Position numbers and translations under genes: made by a program
In this document: piece after piece, positions 10,101 to 18,026 of the stretch
Numbering within the stretch: position 1 is the stretch's first letter
How the letters are laid out: every line of letters starts with the position of its first letter
The notes under the pieces: generated by a model
The model's database searches: none
Told to the model about the DNA's origin: nothing
What the model saw: the letters and a program-made list of their open reading frames with translations, nothing else
Assembly (NCBI GenBank): GCA_964573505.1
Contig: CAZNMS010000003.1
Coordinates: forward strand, 2,052-66,051
From: an uncultured Planctomycetaceae bacterium
GTDB taxonomy: Bacteria > Planctomycetota > Planctomycetia > Planctomycetales > Planctomycetaceae
Direction of reading: 5' to 3'
DNA length: 64,000 nucleotides

Positions 10101-10560
10101 CTGTTGCAGGGATCGGACGCGCGACGGGAACCGGTTCTTCAACCGCAACAGCGGGAGCCGGAGCGGCAACTTCTTCGCCGCGTGCGACTCGTTCGAGCTT
10201 CTCGACGTTCTCCTGCACGTCGCACTCATCCGAATGCTTAATGTCTTCAATCAACGTCTTGAGCACGTCGCACGACTCCAGCAGCACGCTGACGCGACCG
10301 GGAGTCGGTTCGAGCTCCTTGTTCCGCATCAAGTTCAGCACGTTCTCAATCGCATGCGAGAGAGCTCCGATGGATGCGAGCCCCATAAAACCGGAAGCGC
10401 CTTTGATCGAATGCACGGCGCGAAAGACTTTGTTGACGCGAGCAACGTCGATGTTCGCTCCACTTTGTTCGATCGCCAGCAAGTCGCTCTCGACTTCAGC
10501 GAGACCCTCACGCGACTCGATGACAAACTCGTTGAGGAGTTCCTGATTCTCTTCAAACAT
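7150..10560 (-). CDS. cheA: hybrid chemotaxis histidine kinase CheA: Hpt, dimerisation, HATPase, two CheW-like domains, C-terminal receiver
   Basis: 1,136 aa. Hpt (FRAVHSIKGASGFMGL), a Pro/Ala-rich linker (about nt 9360-9720), H-kinase N/G boxes (HLIRNSVDHG, DDGAGID, GRGVGMDVV), two CheW-like segments and a REC domain (MLLAEDSAFFRN...VVTDIEMPNMNGFEL). Confidence 0.93.
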   Translation of the reverse strand: MFEENQELLNEFVIESREGLAEVESDLLAIEQSGANIDVARVNKVFRAVHSIKGASGFMGLASIGALSHAIENVLNLMRNKELEPTPGRVSVLLESCDVLKTLIEDIKHSDECDVQENVEKLERVARGEEVAAPAPAVAVEEPVPVARPIPATVATSGLPKCSPKDLPVTVDSTALETAWKSHRYVYAMEFDLLRDKEFSGNVVDLSLRLGDTGDLLAALIDQAAIPGIDAALPESLPCVVVLSSVLQPDLFGRFWSLPESSLHLVEANAAPGQFRRRAASLPTVAVSCPQKTAAATPTIERAVQAAVKEVSPAPTAAKTDPAPTMPVVAAAPRPAVSAVNNVPPKPAPVSAPASTPAPVAHTPAAPTVASASATPAVAKPANNKAPAAAAQSDQVKVESNIRVSVSILDRLMNLAGELVLGRNQLLQTIANHDERLLESVGARIDQVTTELQETIMATRMQPVGNVFNKFTRIVRDLSGMLGKQCQLVIEGNEVELDKTIIEAIGDPLTHLIRNSVDHGVEAPQFRESIGKSAQGTVHLRAYHQDGKVNISISDDGAGIDASRLRRKAVEKGLITQEKADAMSDAEALRLIFLPGFSTAEQITSVSGRGVGMDVVKTNFEKLGGSVEIQTEVGSGTTMTVRLPLTLAIIPSLIVSECGQRFAVPQVNIAELVRIRQGDETKRIERLRNSEVLRLRGSLLPLVRLSEVMRDPKSSEPITKTKASGDIEATNIIVLETGGLRYGLIVDRLFDSEEIVVKPLGRHIADVKCFAGATVLGDGQIALILDITGLAANCGLEANERREKKKSEVDNEEIAETISTLLFTNHPSEQFGIPMSSVARIERIRADQIDSVAGQSVLQYRGGTLPLLHLEKVMPARAPEEQSRLYVVVFRAGEREVGLVAPTIIDIRDISSNLDTRTFSGVGLLGSLIVDNKPTRILDAYDIAWQSHPEWFAAVKAPVAVITQTTTTQAPHITVPTTTSRPNDAAPQVAITIGSVSNSARPKMLLAEDSAFFRNKVKSFIEQMGADVVTAEDGAQAWSILQRGEHQFVGVVTDIEMPNMNGFELCERVRGSAAHRHLPVVALTSLASDEHIRRGTKAGVSEYLIKLDRDKLVLALTSILSSAPSAAPQQQLVGAS

Positions 10561-10693
10561 GAGATCAACCTTTAAGCGGGCTTAGTTTCAAGCGTGCGTC
10601 TCAAATGGTGTCGACGCGCTGATGTAAGAATCGTTGCACGGCCTCAGGGTTCAAAACGCGGCTCCGAGTTGACGAGTGCCGGTTCTCAACGCG

Positions 10694-11005
10694 CTAGCTC
10701 GCGATCACATCTGCTAATCCCGAGAGCACGGGGAACTCGCGCCATTCAGGATGCTCGAGCTTCACATCGAACGACTTTCCGCACGCCGCTGCCGAGCGTC
10801 GCGCCATCAGCAGCGAGACCAATGCGCGCCCATCAATCGCTGAGGGGCGAGCGAGATCGACGACAAGACCGCTGCTCGATGATCGAACGGCTTCGAGCAA
10901 GTCCGCTTTGAACTTGTCCGAACTCGCGCCGGTGAGATCACCGCTCGCTTTCACGACTAAGAAATCCGAACTCATGACGAGTGCTCCCGAGCGCAGTTCG
11001 CTCAT
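10694..11005 (-). CDS. STAS-domain protein (anti-sigma-factor-antagonist-like), first gene of the che operon
   Basis: 103 aa with STAS-like layout (LVVKASGDLTGASSDKFKADLLEAV...GLVVDLARPSAIDGRALVSLL). The usual phospho-Ser position reads DGRA. Confidence 0.7.
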   Translation of the reverse strand: MSELRSGALVMSSDFLVVKASGDLTGASSDKFKADLLEAVRSSSSGLVVDLARPSAIDGRALVSLLMARRSAAACGKSFDVKLEHPEWREFPVLSGLADVIAS

Positions 11006-11275
11006 CGTTGCTGTCGGTAAGGGCGTTGCGATTTCGCGACGCTACGCAGCAACCTTAACCCGCAAAGTTCCGCCGGTCGGAAATGTCATGTGAGATTGGC
11101 GACGTTCAGAGAATCGCCTCACAAGCAGCGGCAGAAGGCGGCGAGCAGACCCGCACAGTCGGAGGAGGGAGCCTGCTTTCAGGCGTACTACTCGATTCTT
11201 CCTTCGACACTTCTGCGCACCGTGCGCGCATCTTTTGACAACGGATCTCATTCCAAAATCTCTGCGTTGTTCGCT

Positions 11276-11314
11276 CCTCTGCGGTTCAGCAGCCGGCTTG
11301 AACAACCGCAGAGG
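11276..11314. other. 11-bp-stem hairpin in a 650-bp non-coding divergent region
   Basis: CCTCTGCGGTT-(17 nt)-AACCGCAGAGG, extendable by TTCG/CGAA. No convincing ORF between 11006 and 11661. Confidence 0.5.
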
Positions 11315-11661
11315 AACGAAGGTCGTAGAGAAGACATCGCGGGTTTTGTCTCGTCCTCTGTGATGCGGGCGCTCGCGGTTCGATGGCGCCAGCTTCAATT
11401 CACGATCTCTCCGCGCGAAGCACACCCGCCGCGCTGCTCATGCTGCCGTTTTGCAACGCCCGCACTTCCTGTCGGTTGTCTCAAGCAACACTGACCCGCA
11501 CGGCGACGGTGTAGTTTGCGTGACATACCGCGTGCCGCTTCGGCACATCCCTCAAACGGGGGGTAAGTCTTCTCAGTGATTCTTGCGCGAGTCGCAGCGC
11601 TCAACGTCTTTCTGCACGTTGAAGCGGAACTCGCTCCGACATTCTGAGGAGCCGGCATTTC

Positions 11662-12711
11662 ATGACACCGCTTTGTTTTCGGCCGCTCGTAAAGCGCGCC
11701 CGTTGGGGGGGCACTCGTCTCGGATCCGTCTTAGGCAAGCCGACTGGCACCGAGACCGACTACGCCGAAAGTTGGGAGTTCAGCGATCACGGAGCCGATC
11801 AGTCCGTCATTGTCGGCGGGCCATGGGACGGGATTTCGTTGCATGACTTCGTGCTGCACTACAACGAAGCCCTCTTCGGACGGCATGCGGGACTGAAGCA
11901 ATTTCCGTTACTCGTGAAGTTCTTGGATGCGAGCGATCGACTCTCGGTGCAGGTGCATCCGAACGACGTGCAAGCGCGCTTCCTGCGTCCCGGTGAGAAT
12001 GGCAAAACCGAAGCATGGGTCATTGTCGACGCACAGCCGGGCGCCTGCGTTTATGCCGGTCTGAAGAAGCACGTCGATCAACTCCGACTGGAACAACAAT
12101 TACGCGCCGGGTCGATCGAAGACTGCTTACATCGCGTCGAAGTGCAGCCCGGCGATTGCATCTTCATCCCTGCTGGGACCGTGCATGCGATTGGTGAAGG
12201 CATCTTGCTGGCCGAAGTGCAGCAATCGAGCGACGTCACGTATCGGCTGTCGGACTGGGGGCGAATGGGCTCAGACGGCAAGCCCCGGCAACTGCATCTT
12301 GAAGAATCGCTCGCCTGCATCGACTGGGATCGCGGCCCCGTCAATCCGACAAAGCCGCGTTCGCTCGTCTCGCTGCGAGAAGGCTTCGGCTATCGCTACG
12401 AGACCGACGAGATCGCCGCCTGCGAGTACTTTGTCTTACATCGCCATTCCGGAACGATTCCATTCCCGCTGCATCAGCACGGCTGCTTTCATGCGTTGAT
12501 GGTGCTCGACGGCACCGGCGAATTGGTCTGCGGCTTCGAGCGCATCAGCTTGAAACGCGGTGCGTCGGTACTGATCCCGGCCGTCTGCTCGGAAGACATC
12601 GAACTCGTTCCGGACGGCAACTTGACGGTGCTCGACGCCTTCTTGCCGGCTGAAACCGTATCGCTGCCACAAGAAGACAAAGTCGCCGCCGAGTTCGCCC
12701 TCCTCGTTTAA
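11662..12711 (+). CDS. manA: mannose-6-phosphate isomerase, type I
   Basis: 349 aa with cupin PMI motifs (YAESWEFSDH, PLLVKFLDASDRLSVQVHPND, GKTEAWVIV, IPAGTVHAIG). Confidence 0.85.
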   Translation: MTPLCFRPLVKRARWGGTRLGSVLGKPTGTETDYAESWEFSDHGADQSVIVGGPWDGISLHDFVLHYNEALFGRHAGLKQFPLLVKFLDASDRLSVQVHPNDVQARFLRPGENGKTEAWVIVDAQPGACVYAGLKKHVDQLRLEQQLRAGSIEDCLHRVEVQPGDCIFIPAGTVHAIGEGILLAEVQQSSDVTYRLSDWGRMGSDGKPRQLHLEESLACIDWDRGPVNPTKPRSLVSLREGFGYRYETDEIAACEYFVLHRHSGTIPFPLHQHGCFHALMVLDGTGELVCGFERISLKRGASVLIPAVCSEDIELVPDGNLTVLDAFLPAETVSLPQEDKVAAEFALLV

Positions 12712-12789
12712 CCGCACGCCCATCGGGCTGCGCTTTTCGCAAGTGGAGCGTCACCCGCAAAGCTCCGCCCGCACAGCGAGGGGGCGCGG

Positions 12790-13098
12790 CTCTCCACTGA
12801 CCCCGCGTCAGTGGAAGCAACGACTGGCAAGCTAACAACGCCGTCCACAAATCTCGTTCTTCACGCTCTCCACTGACCCCGTGTCAGTGGGAGCAACGAC
12901 TGATTCGCTAACGAACTTGAAGTCAGAGTTTCTGCGCAGAAGGGCGTCGTTCGCTGACGAAGGGGCTACTCGAACGATCCTTAGCCGCCCAGTCGCTGCT
13001 CCCACCGACACGGGGTCGGTGGAGAGCGATCGGCACGGCACAGTTTGGCGTTGTTAGCTAACCAGTCGTGCTTCCACCGACGCAGGGTCGGTGGAGAG
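12790..13098. repeat. Cluster of four ~50-bp REP-like hairpin repeats in nested inverted order (a> b> <c <d)
   Basis: a 12790-12842 and b 12866-12916 (ctctCCACTGACcccgygGTCAGTGGragcaacgactg...gctaac). c 12981-13026 and d 13047-13098 are reverse-complement copies with CCACCGAC/GTCGGTGG stems, a compensatory T>C / A>G change. Confidence 0.85.
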
Positions 13099-13190
13099 AT
13101 AGCCCCTGCAGTCCGTTAGGGGCGGGAAGATTTCGTAGACCCGACCCCGGTACTTTCAGCTACATCCAATACCGTCTTCGATTCACCGAC

Positions 13191-14819
13191 ATGCTCAACC
13201 GACTTCAACAACTCTTACTCAGCCGCGCGGCGTTGCCGGCGATCGTGCTGCTGTTTCTCGGTGCGATTGCGCTGCAGTGGAATGGGCCGCAGTCGATCGC
13301 TGTTGCCGATGAGATTGGCTACGTCACAAGCGGAGTGAATCTCGTCGCGACCGGTCAGTTCACGAATCCATGGGGCAAACCCGAGTTGTGGTTTCCGCCG
13401 GTCTATCCGCTGCTGATCGGTGTTTTCAGCCTCGGCGGGCAACTCGATCCCTTCGTGATCGCGCGCGTCATCAGCGCTGTCGCAGCAGTCGCGTCGTTAT
13501 TGGTGCTGCATCAAGTCGTGCTGCAAGTGCCGCTCGGTAGCCGAAGTCGTGAGACTTCGGACGCAGGCACTGTGCCCTCGAAATCTGACGATTTCGGCTA
13601 CGGCCAATTGCCGTCGAGATTGATCGCGACACTTGCGGTCTTGCTGCTCGCTGCGAATCCGACGTTTCAAAGCTTTGCTCATCGAGCACTCGCCGAGTCC
13701 GTCGCTCTTTGCCTCTCGCTGATCTCGTTGCGATGTTGGCTTGCTGCCGGACAGACGACGCGCGGAGCCGTCATGACGGGCGTGCTTGTCGGTCTTGCGA
13801 CGTTGACGCGGCCCGAGTGCATTCTCGTCGCGCCGTTGTGGTACGGCATCGACTGGTTGAGGCAGAGAGATCGGGCCGCCTTCAAACGCGGACTCGTTTG
13901 CGGAACCGTGCTCGTTGCGATGCTGCTGCCGTATGCGGCCTACTTGCATGAGCACACCGGGCAGTGGTCGATCTCGAATAAGGGCGCGGTGAATCTCGCT
14001 GCGGGTCGAGCGGCCTTTCATCGAACGCCGCGCGAATACATCGACGAAGCAACGCTCGAATTGGGCTACTACCCCGTCGACACATCGCTGCCGACCGAAG
14101 TGCAGCGCATCGCATTCAATGCCGGAAAGCTCGTCGGAGCCTTCAACGAGATCTATTGGCGCTCGTTGTTTGCTGTCGGCATTGCCGTGCTGATTGGCGG
14201 CGGCGTCGTGCTGTTATGGCGACAGAAAGAGCAACGACTCGTGCTCGGTCTTGCGGCGGGACTGACTTATCTCGGAGCCGTCTGCCTCTATGACGTTGCC
14301 GGACCGAAGAACCTGCATCTCGCCTTGCCGGCGTTCTCGTTGCTGATGGCAGTGACAGTCGCGCGGTCGCTGCAAGTCGGACAATGGAAGTGGCTCGTGC
14401 CCGTCTGCGGTCTGCTGGCGGTTGTCGTCGCGGAAGGATCAACGCGCTACGCACGATGGAATCGGTCGATCCCGCTGGATGGACTCGCAAGCCTGCGCGA
14501 AGCCGGGACTCAGCTTCGAGCAACAACGAACCGCCGCGGAGTGATGTACGAGTTCGGGGCATCGACTGCTTACTACTCGGGCCAGTGGCGGAGATATCTG
14601 ACACCGAACTCGCTCGACACCATCTTGAGCCATATCGCGGCTCAAGAACGCGTCGACGCGCCGGTCTATCTGACTGTCTCCGAAGCAACCGGCAGCAACC
14701 TACATCCCTCGACGCGAGCCCTCTTAGACGAGACTGATTCGCGTCTTGAGCGCGTGCTTGAGATCGACGCGCCGAGCCGCGTTGTGATCTATCGCGTGAA
14801 GACGGCGGATCGCTCGTGA
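13191..14819 (+). CDS. GT-C fold membrane glycosyltransferase (family 39/83, ArnT/PMT-like)
   Basis: Multi-pass membrane protein with an acidic first-loop motif (VADEIGYVTSG) and a soluble C-terminal domain. I place the start at ATG 13191 (MLNRLQQLLLSRAALPAIVLLFLG). The track's GTG at 13068 only translates REP copy d. Confidence 0.75.
   Translation: MLNRLQQLLLSRAALPAIVLLFLGAIALQWNGPQSIAVADEIGYVTSGVNLVATGQFTNPWGKPELWFPPVYPLLIGVFSLGGQLDPFVIARVISAVAAVASLLVLHQVVLQVPLGSRSRETSDAGTVPSKSDDFGYGQLPSRLIATLAVLLLAANPTFQSFAHRALAESVALCLSLISLRCWLAAGQTTRGAVMTGVLVGLATLTRPECILVAPLWYGIDWLRQRDRAAFKRGLVCGTVLVAMLLPYAAYLHEHTGQWSISNKGAVNLAAGRAAFHRTPREYIDEATLELGYYPVDTSLPTEVQRIAFNAGKLVGAFNEIYWRSLFAVGIAVLIGGGVVLLWRQKEQRLVLGLAAGLTYLGAVCLYDVAGPKNLHLALPAFSLLMAVTVARSLQVGQWKWLVPVCGLLAVVVAEGSTRYARWNRSIPLDGLASLREAGTQLRATTNRRGVMYEFGASTAYYSGQWRRYLTPNSLDTILSHIAAQERVDAPVYLTVSEATGSNLHPSTRALLDETDSRLERVLEIDAPSRVVIYRVKTADRS
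13537..13601. repeat. 65-bp double-hairpin element (GTAGC...GCTAC family), copy A, inserted in-frame inside the glycosyltransferase CDS
   Basis: gtagCCGAAGTCgtgaGACTTCGGacgcaggcactgtgccctCGAAATCtgacGATTTCGgctac. It is the reverse orientation of copy B (24999-25062) and is translated as ...GSRSRETSDAGTVPSKSDDFGYG... between two predicted TM helices. Confidence 0.8.
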
Positions 14820-14841
14820 TTCGCAGTTTGGGAACGTCAAA

Positions 14842-15016
14842 GAGCCCTCATCGCTCCGCGTGAGGATCAGCCGGGCGAACACTGCGGGAGCATTTTCAAA
14901 GCAGCGCGATGATCGTGACGTTGACTGGCTGTGTTCTACTTTGCGCTCACGATTGGGCTCTCGGCAGTCGCCACCATTCACGATTGGCTAATCCTCACGC
15001 TGAGCGAAGAGGGTTC
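14842..15016. repeat. 29-bp imperfect inverted repeat pair between convergent genes (left border of the AT-richer cassette)
   Basis: 14842-14870 (gagccctcatcgctccgcgtgaggatcag) versus the reverse complement of 14988-15016 (gaaccctcttcgctcagcgtgaggattag). The right arm abuts the MBL gene stop (15018). Confidence 0.7.
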
Positions 15017-15017
15017 G

Positions 15018-16136
15018 TCACTCAACGAACAGCGATGATTTGACCTGCGCAGCGCAACCAATGCGCTCGACTGTTGGGGCATTGCCGTAACTGTCGAAAG
15101 TCAGTTTGCATTGGCCGACCTGAGCGACGACAGCAGTGGCGTTCATCCCTTGTCGCAAGGCGAGACGGCTCTTGATTGGGGCGGATGAACGCCGCTGAGC
15201 ACTGATTGCATTTGAAACGCCCGCAGTCTCAATTGACGACACGAATTCACCAATGTGTTTCAGCGCGCTCTCATGTGGCAGCTTATGCCTTACATAAGGA
15301 GTCAGTACGGCAATGGGTTTCTTATTGGCAGCGAAGGTCTGCCATAGGGAGTCGCAGTAGCCTGTCACGGAGCCATGATGGCTGACTTTCACTGCCGCAG
15401 AAGCAAGTTGTGGCCGTTCCCATTCTCTCAGAATCTCATTCCAACTCGTCGCCTCAACATCGCCACCCAAAACAATTCGTGTCTTCCCAAATACGACGAG
15501 GAGCGCCATCGAAATCTTGTTGTGGTGTTGATGCGCAGAGTCGACACGAAGACGGCCCGAACCATCAAAGCAGCTTCTCAAGGCTTCTTCATAACGGTCG
15601 CTGGACGTTCCCGTCGGCGCCAGAGCCCAAATCTCGCACCCGGCATTCGAAGTTTGTGGCGCTGGATACAACTGCGTTCCGATCGTTGCGTTCTTCGGGC
15701 ATATTCGCAGTGAACCGCTCGACTGCTGCTGTTTGAGCAGTCTGAAAATTAGATCGAGTTCAGACGCATCGGCCTTCATTTGATTATTGCCAGCAGTGAC
15801 GGCCTCTTGTTGGTGCGAGGTAATGATCCAGCTCAATCGCTGTGACGACATCACGGCAGGACGCCAAAACTGCTTGACCCGAAGGCCCGATAGCAACTGG
15901 CTCATACCGCGAAAATGGTCGCGGTGTGGATGAGTCAGACAAAGGAACTCAAGTTCTTCGACGCCTTGCGATCTGAGGAAATGCAACGCCCAATTGGAAT
16001 CAGAATCACGGAGAGAGTGAGCAAAGCAATCAACGACACCCCATCCGCCATCAGGCAACTTCAAGACAATGCTCTCGCCTTCGCTACCGCCAAAGACGTG
16101 CATTTCGAGTTGCCGGTCCTCAGTCGTCACCGTCAA
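15018..16136 (-). CDS. MBL-fold metallo-hydrolase, ComEC/Rec2-nuclease-domain-like
   Basis: 372-aa ORF (TTG at 16136; ATG at 16103 gives MHVFGGSEGESIVLKLPDGG...). It has the HxHxDH motif (LTHPHRDHFRGM) and a late VKVSHHGS motif typical of the ComEC-type MBL subgroup. It is the third gene of a tightly packed trio. Confidence 0.75.
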   Translation of the reverse strand: MTVTTEDRQLEMHVFGGSEGESIVLKLPDGGWGVVDCFAHSLRDSDSNWALHFLRSQGVEELEFLCLTHPHRDHFRGMSQLLSGLRVKQFWRPAVMSSQRLSWIITSHQQEAVTAGNNQMKADASELDLIFRLLKQQQSSGSLRICPKNATIGTQLYPAPQTSNAGCEIWALAPTGTSSDRYEEALRSCFDGSGRLRVDSAHQHHNKISMALLVVFGKTRIVLGGDVEATSWNEILREWERPQLASAAVKVSHHGSVTGYCDSLWQTFAANKKPIAVLTPYVRHKLPHESALKHIGEFVSSIETAGVSNAISAQRRSSAPIKSRLALRQGMNATAVVAQVGQCKLTFDSYGNAPTVERIGCAAQVKSSLFVE

Positions 16137-16704
16137 GTTCTCCGCCAGTGACGAGGGCCTCTAACTCCTGATTGAGCTGGCTCAATTCGGTGTCTGACAT
16201 TGGCGTGTCAGGTATCGCTTCAAGGCGAATCTCAACCTTGCCATCGACTTCTACCGTCTCGCACCAAAACCGTCGGCGTTCCTTGATGCCAAGCCTGAAG
16301 AGTTCTGCAGCAGGATATTCACCATGCAGGACTTCGTCCGACTGGGACTTCAAAGTGACGTAGGCGATGTCACCCACGATCTCGTCCACGAAACCTTCAA
16401 GGCACTCCAAGACTCGCTCATTTGCGGCATTCTCTGCGTGACAAAGTTGTGCCTCTAAGGCTTGTGCTAGGCGAGCACTGCGCGAACCTGCGTACTCCCA
16501 CTCTTCAAAACTGGCTTGCTGGATGCGTCCCAGATTGGGCTGAGTCACCTCTTTGGAAAGAAGCGACAGGCAACTCTTATACAAGCCTTTTGGGTCATTG
16601 CGGCCAAACCGGCCTACGAGAACGGGTGCCTCTTGAACTTCCACCCAAAACGACTTTGGGCTGGATGTTCGCGATCGAGCTTCAAATGCACTTGTTGGAT
16701 TCAT
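16120..16704 (-). CDS. hypothetical protein (ORFan, acidic C-terminal tail)
   Basis: ATG at 16704 (MNPTSAFEARS...); the track's TTG is at 16746. It overlaps the upstream gene by 23 nt and ends 16 nt before, or 17 nt inside, the MBL gene. It ends ...LEALVTGGELDGDD. I recognise no motif. Confidence 0.55.
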   Translation of the reverse strand: MNPTSAFEARSRTSSPKSFWVEVQEAPVLVGRFGRNDPKGLYKSCLSLLSKEVTQPNLGRIQQASFEEWEYAGSRSARLAQALEAQLCHAENAANERVLECLEGFVDEIVGDIAYVTLKSQSDEVLHGEYPAAELFRLGIKERRRFWCETVEVDGKVEIRLEAIPDTPMSDTELSQLNQELEALVTGGELDGDD

Positions 16705-17392
16705 CGCGTGCTCCTGAAACGACGGTGTTGATCTTTGCGTCGTCAATCATGCGGCGACTAGCAATCTCGGCCTTGTCTAAAGCCCGCTGGCACTGTCGCG
16801 CAAGATTTAGGATGTCAGTTTCATCTAGGGCAATACTGAGGCTGTGGTTGCCATCGCGGCTGTCGTAATTCAATCGCATGACGAATGCGACAACCGCACC
16901 ATCAACCTTCAGATCTTCACCGTCGTCATTAAAGACCGGTCGAATGTCGGTGACGATTCGAATTCCTTGCAGCAAGTTGGCATGGTCGTAAGCCAGATCG
17001 AGTGCCTTAGAAACGGTGCGAATCGATGGCGACTGAAGCAGCTTATGAAGCTGCGGTTCGACTTCCTCGTTCCAACAACGCTTCTCAGCCTCGGCCCACT
17101 CAGGTTCTGCCCGACCAACCCCGTCCCGAAGACCCTCAAGAACCTCTTCGACCGACATTTCCCGCTGACGGATAAGCTGGACCAACGCAAAAATCGGTCG
17201 CATCAAAGCATTAACCTGAGCGTCATCCTGCAGAACTTCGAAGACGGCCAAGTGCAGTGTTTGGGGAGCAAGCGGCAACGGTAAAAGCGAAGCCAGCTTT
17301 TCAATGACTCGCCGGAGATTCTCAGCACCAATCTCGTAGATCACCCTGAGATCGCGAAGCTGCGATGAGCTGATCTGAATCTGAGATGGCAT
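16682..17392 (-). CDS. hypothetical protein (ORFan), first gene of the trio
   Basis: 236-aa ORF with an ATG start at 17392. The N-terminal half looks helical and the C-terminal half looks beta-rich. I recognise no motif. Confidence 0.55.
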   Translation of the reverse strand: MPSQIQISSSQLRDLRVIYEIGAENLRRVIEKLASLLPLPLAPQTLHLAVFEVLQDDAQVNALMRPIFALVQLIRQREMSVEEVLEGLRDGVGRAEPEWAEAEKRCWNEEVEPQLHKLLQSPSIRTVSKALDLAYDHANLLQGIRIVTDIRPVFNDDGEDLKVDGAVVAFVMRLNYDSRDGNHSLSIALDETDILNLARQCQRALDKAEIASRRMIDDAKINTVVSGARDESNKCI

Positions 17393-18020
17393 TTGACGTC
17401 TTTAGATGAATGAAGCACCGCGACCGAAGTTTGTGGGCGGGCAATCTACGACCAAGAGGAATGATTTCAAGATGCTCAGGCGGCCCGAATTCCAAGATGG
17501 CTGCCATTACTAGACCCGCAACATGGGCGACTCGATATGCAACAGACTTCGATCGACTGTGTGCAAGAACTCATAGCAAGTGGCATCAAGTTACCAATCG
17601 CAGCGTTCGAAAATGCATGCAGCGACTCCAAGCCGTTGAACCAATGACGCTTCCACCGAGTTTTTTGATGCCACGAAAGGAACGCGGTTATTGCTTGGCA
17701 GGATGAGCCCGGACGTAATTTCAAAATGATGACTTCGGGAAGTAATTCGATCCGCAAGCTGCAGTCGCTGAGCCGTTTGTTGGTTCAAGAAGCTGTTTCA
17801 GGTTTGATTGAGAATTGAATTCCCTATCACGGCGTCTGGCCGACCTCTTCTTGGAGAGGACTCTCAGAGGGCCATGCGGTGTAAGCGATTCGTCGAGTGG
17901 ACTCGAAAAGGCGATGCGACGAGCACGGATTGAAGACGCGATGCTCGCCGGTCTGACGGGGCCTGCGGCTTGTCGTCGGAGGACGCTATCGTCCGCCGCC
18001 TTTGATCCCCGCACGCATAC

Positions 18021-18026
18021 AGGAGG
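18021..18026 (+). promoter_or_regulatory. Shine-Dalgarno-like AGGAGG 7 nt upstream of the kinase ATG
   Basis: acAGGAGGaagcgtcATG (ATG at 18034). Confidence 0.55.

Noticed and set aside
11042-11494. 127-aa (minus) and 134-aa (plus) ORFs in the che/manA divergent region
   Set aside because: They are mutually overlapping, Arg-rich and without motifs. The region is more consistent with non-coding promoter DNA.
13068-13190. N-terminal extension of the glycosyltransferase ORF from GTG 13068
   Set aside because: The extension is the translation of REP copy d (LPPTQGRWRD...). ATG 13191 is followed directly by a typical first TM segment.
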